Virus record (IMG/VR): IMGVR_UViG_2744054517_000003
Coordinates: 1 to 64,000 of that record
Length of the DNA stretch: 64,000 bases
Source: a virus
Lineage: Duplodnaviria; Caudoviricetes
Direction: 5' to 3' (one strand)
The translations under genes and the position numbers were made by a program. Below the pieces are notes generated by a model. That model was not told the origin of the DNA. It worked only from the letters and a program-made list of their open reading frames with translations, and made no database searches. Below are positions 49,931 to 58,767 of the stretch, piece by piece. Numbering within the stretch: the stretch's first letter is position 1; each line of letters starts with the position of its first letter.

Positions 49931-49971
49931 AATGCCCGAAATGATTGGCGTCATTTCGAACAAACGTAGGT

Positions 49972-50334
49972 TCATTGGAGAACCTGAAACGGAAACTCTC
50001 CGACCATATTATTGAGGACGTCTTGCGTCAGCCATTCGATGACATCACGGCCATGCAGTTTGGTAACGATCTCCGGTATGACTACAGCCGGATCTCGCGT
50101 GACGTTGGTTGCAAGTCTAACGCTAGACGTGTTTCGGTTTTCGATATAAAACCGATTAATGCCCGTCTGGTATATCCGCTCAACCTTTGATAGATAGACG
50201 GTACCCTCCAGTACAAAAAACGCATATCCCGGTTTGACGAGGAAGCCCTCGCTCATGTCGTAATCGAGGTCGTCGTCTTCCCATACGTGCAAAATAACGA
50301 TCTTTTCGAGAACAGAGATACCATCCATACTCAA
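49972..50334 (-). CDS. hypothetical protein
   Basis: 120-aa ORF overlapping the upstream stop, GGAGG RBS. Confidence 0.55.
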   Translation of the reverse strand: MSMDGISVLEKIVILHVWEDDDLDYDMSEGFLVKPGYAFFVLEGTVYLSKVERIYQTGINRFYIENRNTSSVRLATNVTRDPAVVIPEIVTKLHGRDVIEWLTQDVLNNMVGEFPFQVLQ

Positions 50335-50531
50335 GCGCCTCCATTCGGAAATACGTTGTTAAATGCTGTATCTAGTTCTTTTAACGTCTCAATTCGTTCG
50401 GCATCGGTGAAGTGCGGACTTTCTAATACGTTGCCGACCGCGAGAACATAGAACCGAAACGCGATCATTAACGCCTCGCCCGTCGTTTCGGAACCAAGCC
50501 GATAATCCGTAAATATTTCCAAGTACGACAT
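50331..50531 (-). CDS. small hypothetical protein
   Basis: 66-aa ORF, GAGGTG RBS. Confidence 0.55.
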   Translation of the reverse strand: MSYLEIFTDYRLGSETTGEALMIAFRFYVLAVGNVLESPHFTDAERIETLKELDTAFNNVFPNGGA

Positions 50532-50624
50532 TACGTCAACACCTCACGAGCAATTAATACGACTGCGTAGATGAATTTTAGGACTGCGACGATACGCTTG
50601 CGATTTTTACGCGATAATACGATG

Positions 50625-51113
50625 TTACGCGTAGTTTATAAATTGCTTACTGCGTTCAATCTGGACGCCTCCCTTCCCGACGATGAATCCGAGTTCCTTC
50701 ATAACGTCCATTGACAGCGTTAAGCTACCGAGCGGTGACCGCCGACTGACTCCCGCTGTCTTCCAGAATGCACGCGGCTGTATGACGAGTTCCTGATGCG
50801 TACCGACGTACCGAACTATGTAGTTCCCTGTGATCGGATCGAGTACGTAGCGAACTTGAGCCGGAGTAACTAGCGGGCGTACAACACGGAAGACTTCGCG
50901 CTTCATTTGTGCGTCTAATTCAAAGCCGAGTTCGACGAGCTGTGCCGGAGTAGCCTCAACAATGTCACCGTAGAGATACGGATTAGCTTGCGGTATAATA
51001 GTGAGGAATAATTCCGATGTAACGCGGAGTTCTTGACGTGAGCAGCCGCTTCCGACCGTGAGGATGACGTTACTTTCGCGACGATTACGGATGAAACCTA
51101 ACGTGATTGACAT
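50625..51113 (-). CDS. hypothetical protein with internal two-fold repeat; first gene of the repressed operon
   Basis: AGGAGG RBS; two QEL...ELGF units. Confidence 0.6.
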   Translation of the reverse strand: MSITLGFIRNRRESNVILTVGSGCSRQELRVTSELFLTIIPQANPYLYGDIVEATPAQLVELGFELDAQMKREVFRVVRPLVTPAQVRYVLDPITGNYIVRYVGTHQELVIQPRAFWKTAGVSRRSPLGSLTLSMDVMKELGFIVGKGGVQIERSKQFINYA

Positions 51114-51211
51114 ATGATTGCGCCTCCTAGCGGAATATATAGGATGAATTGCGTTGATGCTTCGGAACAGTACGATGTTGCTCGGGGTAAAGATGAAACT
51201 TTTTGCGTTCG

Positions 51212-51284
51212 ATTACGTATTTCGTAATTTAACTATAATTACGTTTTTCGTTATTGTCAACACTTAAATTACGTTTTTCGTATT
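51212..51284 (-). promoter_or_regulatory. sigmaA promoter with three palindromic operators (satellite switch)
   Basis: minus-strand TTGACA(51260-55)-N17-TATAGT(51237-32); ATTACG-N5-CGTWWT at 51212, 51238, 51268, the middle one filling the spacer exactly. Confidence 0.8.
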
Positions 51285-51324
51285 TATATTCTGCTGTGGT
51301 GTTTAAGAGAAAGAGGGGGAAATT

Positions 51325-51570
51325 TTGAGTAATAGGACTCTCGTCTGTGATTTGAAAAATCTTTTACTTGAAAAAGGTTGGGAGCAGAAGAAGCTATCGG
51401 AATTAACTGGTATTCGAGAGGCGACAATTTCGGAGTTAGTAAGAAACAAGAATAAAATGTTCCCACGTCAGGTACTAGAAAAAATTATTAACGTACTGGA
51501 AATAGACGATATAACAAAGCTAATCCGCATTGAGTACATATCCCAAGGTGCCAAAGAAAGTACTGATTAA
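51325..51570 (+). CDS. XRE/Cro-C1 HTH repressor
   Basis: QKKLSELTGIREATISELVRNK; divergent from the operator-covered promoter. Confidence 0.85.
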   Translation: MSNRTLVCDLKNLLLEKGWEQKKLSELTGIREATISELVRNKNKMFPRQVLEKIINVLEIDDITKLIRIEYISQGAKESTD

Positions 51571-51763
51571 ATGCAAAAGAGCCGTTAACCATACGGCTCT
51601 TTTTTTTGCGTGGATTTATCGAGAGATTCGTTAAGGAATACTATGTCGAAAAATATTGTAATTCTACATGCTTGACCCAAGTAACTCATTTTTGGTATAA
51701 TTTTTTTGTCTAAAGAACAAAAAATAGATTTCCTTTAAGATTATAGATCATGGAGGTGCCATT

Positions 51764-52315
51764 TTGAATAAACCTACGCCTGATTACATTAGAGATACTG
51801 CTGTATCTATTTTGCAAGATTACGATATGGGAATAAAGCAGTCGGACCTCTGGAGAGAAGTTGAGACGTTTTTATCTGAATCTGGTTATGAAATCACTGA
51901 CCATACACTCAAGAACGCACTTTGGGACCTAGAAAAGCAACGGCCGGAGGAAGTTTTAAAGATTAAAAAATCAGCCAAAAATGTAGAACTGCACCCTTTA
52001 GACAATAATTCAGATAAACAAGACGCTTATGACGAAGCGTGGAATGAATCGCTACAGGATAGAGCAATAGGATCATTAATAAACCTTTCAGGCATGGTAT
52101 CAGAAATAACGGTTAGGATTGATTCTTCAGGTATCCATTCTAAATTAGATGAAACACAAGTGCTTTATATGAATGAATACCCCCCTGAAGTAATTGAGGC
52201 AATTACAACTCTTGGCATAGCGCTTGACCTCATGGAGAAAAGCAAAAGTGCCTTCAAAAATATAAGACACGTATGGGCTCTAGATTCCCGGAAGGCTAGT
52301 TTACAAAGGAGGTGA
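51764..52315 (+). CDS. hypothetical protein with winged-helix-like N-terminus (cargo)
   Basis: 183-aa ORF, GGAGGTG RBS. Confidence 0.6.
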   Translation: MNKPTPDYIRDTAVSILQDYDMGIKQSDLWREVETFLSESGYEITDHTLKNALWDLEKQRPEEVLKIKKSAKNVELHPLDNNSDKQDAYDEAWNESLQDRAIGSLINLSGMVSEITVRIDSSGIHSKLDETQVLYMNEYPPEVIEAITTLGIALDLMEKSKSAFKNIRHVWALDSRKASLQRR

Positions 52316-52322
52316 TAACAAT

Positions 52323-52409
52323 ATGAATGTATATGAATCACTTGCAATCATGCTACAGTTTGGACTTGTCATAATTGGTATACTTACACTGGCACAGAAA
52401 AAGCGATAG
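52323..52409 (+). CDS. putative type I (holin-like) toxin, 28 aa
   Basis: AAAGGAGGTG RBS; MNVYESLAIMLQFGLVIIGILTLAQKKR. Confidence 0.75.
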   Translation: MNVYESLAIMLQFGLVIIGILTLAQKKR

Positions 52410-52446
52410 CCTCCCCACCATGAGCTGCTACCGCACAATACTTACA
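52398..52446 (-). ncRNA. candidate antisense antitoxin RNA
   Basis: minus-strand TTGCAG-N17-TATTAT (52481-52453); GCGGTAGC/GCTATCGC-TTTTT terminator overlapping the toxin stop. Confidence 0.5.
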
Positions 52447-52840
52447 GTTTCAATAATAACGTTTAGTGTAATTACCTGCAAGACTAGGCGTAGCCCTCCG
52501 AGATTGCGTCTTTTACGTTTGTGCGTGGACAAGATAAGAACCGTAACCCTACGTATAGGCTGCGATTCTTTTCGTTTCCTGAAGTCTGCGCATCAAATAT
52601 AATTTCCAACGGTCCGTAAGATGGACGGCTCTGTCGCGACACAAAATTATCAGCTTCTAAAATCAAAAAAAAGCCCGCAATTCTCTACGTTGAGGACACG
52701 GGCTTTTAACGTTAAATTAGGCGTTTATGGCGCTACCCTTACGTGGGTATTCGGAACGGAGTTACGGCGCTTATTTGCGGTGAAATGCGATGATTAAGCT
52801 TAATAACTATGTATATATTTTGTACCACTGTCTTTCTTAA

Positions 52841-53110
52841 TTACCCTCTGTGTGCGCCCGCATACAATCCGCCCAACGCCCCGAGCACGCCACAAGCAAT
52901 AGCAGCGATCATAATTACAGGCCCTTGTATATCACGACCTTCGACCTTCTTCGTAAGGAATCCGAGAATGACCGCGATCGGAGACGTAACCACGGGAAAC
53001 CACAACAAAGAGAGTACAGCAAACGTCCATCCGAGGAACGCGAGCGCGCTACCCTTCCGTTGTTCTTGCCTTTCCGTTGGCTTGTCGCTCTTTACGACAC
53101 CGTTAATCAA
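52841..53110 (-). CDS. small two-TM membrane protein (DUF4190-like)
   Basis: two hydrophobic helices; PIAVILGF motif. Confidence 0.55.
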   Translation of the reverse strand: MINGVVKSDKPTERQEQRKGSALAFLGWTFAVLSLLWFPVVTSPIAVILGFLTKKVEGRDIQGPVIMIAAIACGVLGALGGLYAGAHRG

Positions 53111-53377
53111 ACCGAATCCCCTCCGTTAACTCACGTTTACCTAATAATACCATCGGACTAGTACGTTGTCACTAAAAGAAAAACGGACCCACCTACGCAA
53201 TCTCCCACGCAAATGAGTCCGTTAAAGTCCGCTACTTAGTTTCTTTCGTCTTTTGTTCCGCTTTAAACGTTGAGTACACGCCAGTCCCGATCAACGCGTA
53301 CGAAACGATGTCTACTCTGCACTTTCTAAGTATCTAATCGATTAGACAATTGGGATGAAATTGTGTAAACTAAAAAT

Positions 53378-53497
53378 GTAACGCATTACAAAAAGAAAAG
53401 GCCGCTAATATCGCAAGACATAGCTCGGCCCTAATCTAATTTGATTGTATTTCACGAAAAATAGCCCACATCCCTGCAAAGATAGCGGCTATTTTTT
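53378..53497 (+). ncRNA. candidate antisense antitoxin RNA
   Basis: TAGACA-N17-TAAACT (53343-53371); two hairpins, the last AAAATAGCC/GGCTATTTT-TT overlapping the toxin stop. Confidence 0.5.
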
Positions 53498-53563
53498 GCG
53501 TTTTATAATAATGACAAGTGTGGCGAACATTATCATAAGTGACAAAGATTCATACACAGTCAT
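53489..53563 (-). CDS. putative type I (holin-like) toxin, 24 aa
   Basis: GGAGGAGGTG RBS; MTVYESLSLMIMFATLVIIIKRKK. Confidence 0.75.
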   Translation of the reverse strand: MTVYESLSLMIMFATLVIIIKRKK

Positions 53564-53724
53564 GGGCGGTCACCTCCTCCCTAAAAGAGAGGACCGCTTT
53601 TTGCTATGCCTTGCTTTCTAAAAGTATACACCATCTCCACTCTCACCGCCTACTATTTTATACTGCTCTCATCTATCAAAAAAAATGCCCACCTCCGAAG
53701 AGATGAGCGTCGTTATGCGTTTTA

Positions 53725-54783
53725 TTAGCGTCTCTTTCCTGCGCGAGTCATTCCGAGTCGTGAAAGTGGCGAAAATTGTGAATGACTGTCTCGCATAGCA
53801 CCTTCGTTTACCTTGACGTACCCTTGCGTAGTCTTAATATCAGCGTGCGCTACGATCCGCTGCAAGGTGAAGAGGTCACCGCCATTAAGTAGATAGTTTG
53901 TGCAGAAGTAATCGCGGAATCGGTGCGGTGATACTGGAGTTACCTTCCGATCGATACCCACTTTGTCCGCATACTGGCTTAGTCTCTTTCGGAATTGGTC
54001 GGCTTTTAACGGATCACCGTAATTCGCCAGAAATATGAAGTCCGTATCAAAATAAGAGCGATTCTCTTCCATAAGGATAACCAACTCACGCAAAACACTC
54101 GCCGATACCGGAACAATTCGCGGCTTTCTGTTTTTGTTCATATGGCCCGGCAGCCGAATACATCGTGACGCGATATCCAGGTGAGTCGATTCCAGCCGCA
54201 ACGCCTCATTAATTCGCAATCCTGTATCTGCAAGTAACAACATAAGCGTACGGTCGCGGAAGCCCGCAAATGTATCAACGTCGGCAGCTTCGACTAAATC
54301 TCGGAGTTGTTCATCTACAATTACGCTCTTCTCTTCCGTATCCTTGCGTGGTGGCTTTAGCTTCTCCGCCGGGTCTTCTTTCATCAATCCCTCGGACATC
54401 CAAAATTTACACATTGTTTTCAACGCGCGGAGTCTTGACGCTACCGTTACGGGTGAGAGATTGCACCCTTCTACTCGCCGTTCTGCGACGCCGTCGTATT
54501 TTGTCCGTTCGTAGGACATGTAGTTCATATACTCGCGTAGAATGGCCGTATCGAGCTGGCCTACTTCATCTATCTCCGAGTGATTCTCCATAAGCCACTC
54601 CCGAAAATAACGCCAGTAACTTTGATAGTCTTCGAGTGTTCGTGTCCGTAACTTCTCCGCTCGTTTAGCGTTGAAGAATAGATCGAACCCCAAGTCAAGC
54701 CCGACGAAGCCGACCTCTTTTCCAGACCGCCCACTGCGGCGTTTAGCCGTAACAGCCTTACCCTTACGCGGATCAACTGACAT
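53725..54783 (-). CDS. int: tyrosine recombinase/integrase of the satellite
   Basis: DTGLRINE, NKNRKPRIVP, HRFRD, AHADIKTTQGY catalytic motifs; ~160 bp from att. Confidence 0.95.
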   Translation of the reverse strand: MSVDPRKGKAVTAKRRSGRSGKEVGFVGLDLGFDLFFNAKRAEKLRTRTLEDYQSYWRYFREWLMENHSEIDEVGQLDTAILREYMNYMSYERTKYDGVAERRVEGCNLSPVTVASRLRALKTMCKFWMSEGLMKEDPAEKLKPPRKDTEEKSVIVDEQLRDLVEAADVDTFAGFRDRTLMLLLADTGLRINEALRLESTHLDIASRCIRLPGHMNKNRKPRIVPVSASVLRELVILMEENRSYFDTDFIFLANYGDPLKADQFRKRLSQYADKVGIDRKVTPVSPHRFRDYFCTNYLLNGGDLFTLQRIVAHADIKTTQGYVKVNEGAMRDSHSQFSPLSRLGMTRAGKRR

Positions 54784-54943
54784 AGCAAAAAACCTCCTAC
54801 AAAATACCGTAGGAGGCTCCGTATATATCGCATTTCAGCGCCGACGTTCGTCTATTTTATCGCTAGGAAAACGTTGACCTAGCGTCTGCCTATCCGGAAC
54901 ATTCAACGAGTGACAAACGTTGATATGACGGGAAATTCTAACG

Positions 54944-54990
54944 AAGATGCTGGTGAAGGGAATTGAACCCCCGGCCTACGCATTACGAGT
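54944..54990 (-). repeat. att core copy 2: 3' half of tRNA-Thr(CGT)
   Basis: identical to 38421-38467; 5' half of the tRNA absent. Confidence 0.95.
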
Positions 54991-55353
54991 TTGTAGCGAC
55001 AAGGTTTAGCTAGTATTAATAAGACCCAAAACTTTTGCTACATTAGGGTTTTAGGTCTTTTAAGTATCAGTAAGTAACACTATGTTTTCCTAAGTATGTT
55101 TGCACTTTTGTTTGCATTATTAAAGACAAATGTCTGAGATCAAGTCTTCAGAAACAACTCTAACTTTGGTTGTTTCTCCGGTTCCCTTTGTTTTAATGAT
55201 CGCTTCCGCTATCAGGGAAATGTACTCGTCTTTAATATTCTTTTTTATTATAATTGTGTCGTGATCCATTCGATCAACTCCGTTGAAGTATTGTTTACTA
55301 TCAGTCATTTTTCCTGTATACTCTCTTGTGAATCATTCTCAATGAGGTGAAAC

Positions 55354-55575
55354 ATGGCGGCTCCTCAACCTGAACCAGGGAGAAGCCGTTTGCCTGAGTT
55401 GCTAAAAGCAAATAGAATGAAGCAAGTAGATCTTGCTAATTACTTGGGCGTGTCTCCAGCTCTTATCTCGCGAATAATTGCTGGGGAACGTCTTTTTTCT
55501 TATCCATTGGCTGCTAGGGCAGCTTTTAAGCTTGGATGCACAATGGAAGAATTGCATGAATGGGACTTGTGTTAG
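55354..55575 (+). CDS. XRE-family HTH protein
   Basis: MKQVDLANYLGVSPALISRII.GER; GAGGTG RBS. Confidence 0.85.
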   Translation: MAAPQPEPGRSRLPELLKANRMKQVDLANYLGVSPALISRIIAGERLFSYPLAARAAFKLGCTMEELHEWDLC

Positions 55576-55911
55576 GGCAAACGGTTGTGGGGTATCCCCT
55601 CCCGCTGCCATGGAAATTTACTTAAAGTCAATTTTTTTATCTTTTTATAAACTAAATTTTGTTTCATCTCCAAATGAATGCAAACACTCGTTCCTATTAT
55701 ACCTCATGTTACCAATCGACTCAATGGATTTAATCATCGTAATTCCCTCCCTTTTTTTAATTTTAATTTAAAACCTTTCACCTATATTAAATCCCAATAT
55801 TAGGTGGTTTGGCAACATAAATTCGTCCCGCTGAACTCCTGCCATTTAACGACTTTATTCGACATGATATAGCTTGATTATCGACAAAAAAAGACCGCTT
55901 TTACCTGCGGT

Positions 55912-56283
55912 CTAGAAAAATACGACATTTGGATTCAACACCTCAAGTCTGTTAATCGCTTCATCATATCTGTTATGAGCGATTTCACACCTTTTTGATT
56001 TCTTTGTAATTTCTTCTTCGAAATATACCTCTTTAAACAAAGTGTTGATTTTAACAACATTGTCTGCATTAAAAATATTGCTTCTATCTGCATATACAAA
56101 ATTACTACTTTTGTTTAAAGCATTCATGCAGTATTTTAATGGACCTGTCATGTAGTATTTGTTATCTTCGGTATGTACTACAAGACGATCGATGATCCGT
56201 TTGTAACTTATAAACCATATTGAGTCAACCGGCAAATCAATATACCCTGATAATCCTTCGGCATCAGATGTTACGCTTACCAC
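55912..56283 (-). CDS. stand-alone LytTR DNA-binding protein
   Basis: I.FI......LVVHT....Y...L......L....FVYADRSNIFN..NV; no receiver domain. Confidence 0.8.
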   Translation of the reverse strand: MVSVTSDAEGLSGYIDLPVDSIWFISYKRIIDRLVVHTEDNKYYMTGPLKYCMNALNKSSNFVYADRSNIFNADNVVKINTLFKEVYFEEEITKKSKRCEIAHNRYDEAINRLEVLNPNVVFF

Positions 56284-56294
56284 AAAAACGCCCC

Positions 56295-56417
56295 CTATTC
56301 AAACAATTCTGATGGCGGTTCCGGGCTGTAAATAAAAGCGATACTTGCGACACTTACAGTTAAAACCGCGATTGAAGATAATACTGTCGCCAACTTAGAA
56401 TATATATTTTGGGTCAT
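56295..56417 (-). CDS. agrD: AgrD-like cyclic lactone autoinducer precursor (40 aa)
   Basis: MTQNIYSKLATVLSSIAVLTVSVASIAFIYSPEPPSELFE: amphipathic leader, Ser core, Y.PE.P..L tail; directly after agrB. Confidence 0.8.
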   Translation of the reverse strand: MTQNIYSKLATVLSSIAVLTVSVASIAFIYSPEPPSELFE

Positions 56418-56425
56418 GTCCTTAA

Positions 56426-56941
56426 TCACCTCCTTAAGTTAATCAGCGTCAAAGATTGTGCCAGGATGCTTATTGCTATAAAAGGATGAGTAAACCAAAG
56501 ATTAAATCCTACAAGAATAAACGCAGCTACTTTTAGAGCAGAAAAATACTTTGGCGGTATACGGGTCTGTTTCTCTATCCCCGCTGGAGCAAAAAGTAAA
56601 ATTAGAATCATACTGATTCCTGTTGCAATCATAGTCCATTTGTGGTCCAAAGTTATGAACGATAATCCAGTAAACAGAAGCGTGGAAACAACTACGCAGC
56701 CCATACCGCTTTTAAGGTGTACCCCTCCTGTCATTTGTCTCAAGATAGCAAAGGTCATCATTATAGTGAATACTTCCCCTGCTTTACCTGTTAGCAAGGC
56801 TATTATGATCGTTGCCACAGTTATAAAGACTATATTAAGAATCACTGCTAATGCATGTTTCAAAACTGGCACAGAGGCCGGGTGATCTGGTACCACACTC
56901 TTTATATGCTGCGCCATCCGCAAGGCTAGTGGCTCAATCAT
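56426..56941 (-). CDS. agrB: AgrB-like membrane endopeptidase
   Basis: FAILRQMTGGVHLKS..GC (catalytic His/Cys), LFAP motif, multiple TMs. Confidence 0.9.
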   Translation of the reverse strand: MIEPLALRMAQHIKSVVPDHPASVPVLKHALAVILNIVFITVATIIIALLTGKAGEVFTIMMTFAILRQMTGGVHLKSGMGCVVVSTLLFTGLSFITLDHKWTMIATGISMILILLFAPAGIEKQTRIPPKYFSALKVAAFILVGFNLWFTHPFIAISILAQSLTLINLRR

Positions 56942-57572
56942 CTTTAGAAGACAGCTCCTCTCTTTCTTTCACCACTGCATAATACAGAAACAATCCCGCT
57001 ACAAGCGCGAGAACTAATATTATAAACAGAAGGTTGTTGTAAAACATAACAGTTGCAGAAGCGATAAGCCCAACCATTATGAAAGCAATTACTGCTATAT
57101 GCTCCCATTTGAAACGCAACCGTTCAAACTCTGCTGTGAATCCGATTTTGAATTTTAATAATATCCATACAAAAAAGAAAGTCCACGCGCTTGTGACTAT
57201 TTGAACGACTGTCCCGGCTGACGAATACTGCATATCCTCTGTGAAACTACCGAAAAGAGACAAAATAACAAGAGCCTGAAACGCGGTGTAGATAAACATT
57301 CCTGTCATAGCCATGATCGCTGCCCACAATATAGGGACTCTGACCACTGTCGTAATAAGTAATATAAATATTATCGTACTTATTGCAGGAACCATGAAGG
57401 ATAGAGACATTTGTTCTCTCAAAAAAAAGCTAATGAGGTTCATAATCAAAAAAGAAAACAAGCCCGGCCATAAAAATTCAAGAGGTTTAAGCCTATATAT
57501 TGATAACATTAAAGAAAATGCCGCAAACGATTCCACGCTTGAAAATAATAAAAACCTCACCGCTTCCCACAT
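56934..57572 (-). CDS. seven-TM membrane protein resembling an AgrC sensor domain without kinase domains
   Basis: 212 aa, almost wholly hydrophobic helices; overlaps agrB start; no HisKA/HATPase. Confidence 0.65.
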   Translation of the reverse strand: MWEAVRFLLFSSVESFAAFSLMLSIYRLKPLEFLWPGLFSFLIMNLISFFLREQMSLSFMVPAISTIIFILLITTVVRVPILWAAIMAMTGMFIYTAFQALVILSLFGSFTEDMQYSSAGTVVQIVTSAWTFFFVWILLKFKIGFTAEFERLRFKWEHIAVIAFIMVGLIASATVMFYNNLLFIILVLALVAGLFLYYAVVKEREELSSKDD

Positions 57573-57693
57573 TACATATGCTCCTTCACAATTGGTAACA
57601 AATATGCTTTTATTCTATATTTGTTATCTGTTATGGGCAATGCAATTACCAATCTATTTGGTAATTTTTATGTATTATGTGAGGTAATTATTT

Positions 57694-58026
57694 TCAGTCT
57701 GCGGATATAATATCCTCTAGTTTAATCCAACTAAAATCATCTTCCCCACGAACCAGTTTTACCTCACGTCTAGCGGTGTTAATTGACGTAACTACACCAG
57801 TCATGTCCGTATCGTCAAACGGGCTAAATACGGTCACTGTCACGGCTGTACGTGTATTGTAAGACTCTATTAGAGCCTGCTCAATCAATTGTACTTCCTG
57901 GTCATCCAATTCTGGTTTACCGCGCCGTTGACGGTCCTTCATGAGCTTCAAATAAGCTTCTTTATGTTCTGGTATGATAATCCGGCTGCTTTCCCATAAG
58001 CCGTTACCTTCTAATTTTTTAGACAT
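57694..58026 (-). CDS. yolD: YolD-like protein
   Basis: MSKKLEGNGLWESSRIIIPEHKEA...KPELDDQE...WIKLEDII; AGGAGG RBS. Confidence 0.85.
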   Translation of the reverse strand: MSKKLEGNGLWESSRIIIPEHKEAYLKLMKDRQRRGKPELDDQEVQLIEQALIESYNTRTAVTVTVFSPFDDTDMTGVVTSINTARREVKLVRGEDDFSWIKLEDIISAD

Positions 58027-58065
58027 GTATGTAGCCTCCTGATGTGTTATGTAGAAATTATATTC

Positions 58066-58079
58066 CGAACACTTGTTCC
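58066..58079. promoter_or_regulatory. Firmicute SOS (LexA/DinR) box upstream of yolD
   Basis: CGAACACTTGTTCC fits GAAC-N4-GTTC. Confidence 0.8.
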
Positions 58080-58135
58080 TTACAAGGGATATCATTTCCA
58101 GTACGTAAAAAAATAAACCTCAGATTATCCGAGGT

Positions 58136-58441
58136 TTAATATTCCGTAAAATATCTATTCGCATCACCCGGCGACATCGGTCTACTTCGTCCGCGCTCCC
58201 AGCCCTCTATAATAACGATATGCCGCGTATCTGACTGGTCTTCCCAAGTAATATAGTTATCCTTCTCCAAGGCCAGCAGTCCTGCCTTTATATCCGTTAC
58301 ACTCCTACCTGTCTTGATCTCCAACTCATTCATAGTTGGCATTCGTCGTTTCTGTGCAAAAAAGTTGTAAAGAATACGCAGTAACTTACGCTCGATGTCT
58401 GGTAACAAAGCGATCCACTCCTTTGTTACTATTATATACAA
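58136..58441 (-). CDS. LexA-DNA-binding-like winged-helix protein
   Basis: ERKLLRILYNF....RRMPT..EL..KTGRS...I...L..LEK..YI.W; true start probably internal; SOS-like CAAACATGAGTTCT at 58439-58452. Confidence 0.65.
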   Translation of the reverse strand: MYIIVTKEWIALLPDIERKLLRILYNFFAQKRRMPTMNELEIKTGRSVTDIKAGLLALEKDNYITWEDQSDTRHIVIIEGWERGRSRPMSPGDANRYFTEY

Positions 58442-58542
58442 ACATGAGTTCTTATAAAATAAAGAATATTATTCCAAAAAAAACACTTCACAGCCTTGCA
58501 TAATGATATCATATGTGATATCATGTATTTAGGAGGTGAGAC

Positions 58543-58767
58543 ATGGCTAGGGTCGATAAAATCATCGAGAAAATGAAAAACCGCCCTAACGGGATTAGGT
58601 TCGCGGAGATAGCAAAAGTCCTGAATCATCTGGGTTACATAGTGGTACGAATTAAGGGTTCGCATCACATATTCCGAAATGAGTCAGGAGACACGCTCCC
58701 GATACCTTTTGAAACACCCGTCAAGGCGGCGTACGTCAAAGACGTACTGGAGATCATCGGGGAGTAG
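58543..58767 (+). CDS. hicA: HicA mRNA interferase toxin
   Basis: IRFAEI.KVL..LGY....KGSHHIF. Confidence 0.9.
   Translation: MARVDKIIEKMKNRPNGIRFAEIAKVLNHLGYIVVRIKGSHHIFRNESGDTLPIPFETPVKAAYVKDVLEIIGE

Larger units (their letters stand above)
38421..54990 (-). mobile_element. integrated phage-satellite-like element (~16.5 kb) with capsid, tail chaperone and tape measure genes
   Basis: flanked by 47-bp direct repeats; integrase at one end; repressor, rep, scaffold, MCP, TAC, TMP, TerS-like genes; no portal, TerL, tail structural or lysin genes. Confidence 0.85.

Noticed and set aside
38421-54990. Classification as cf-PICI or as a complete prophage
   Set aside because: No portal, large terminase, head-tail connectors, tail structural genes or lysin; it has TAC and TMP, which cf-PICIs lack
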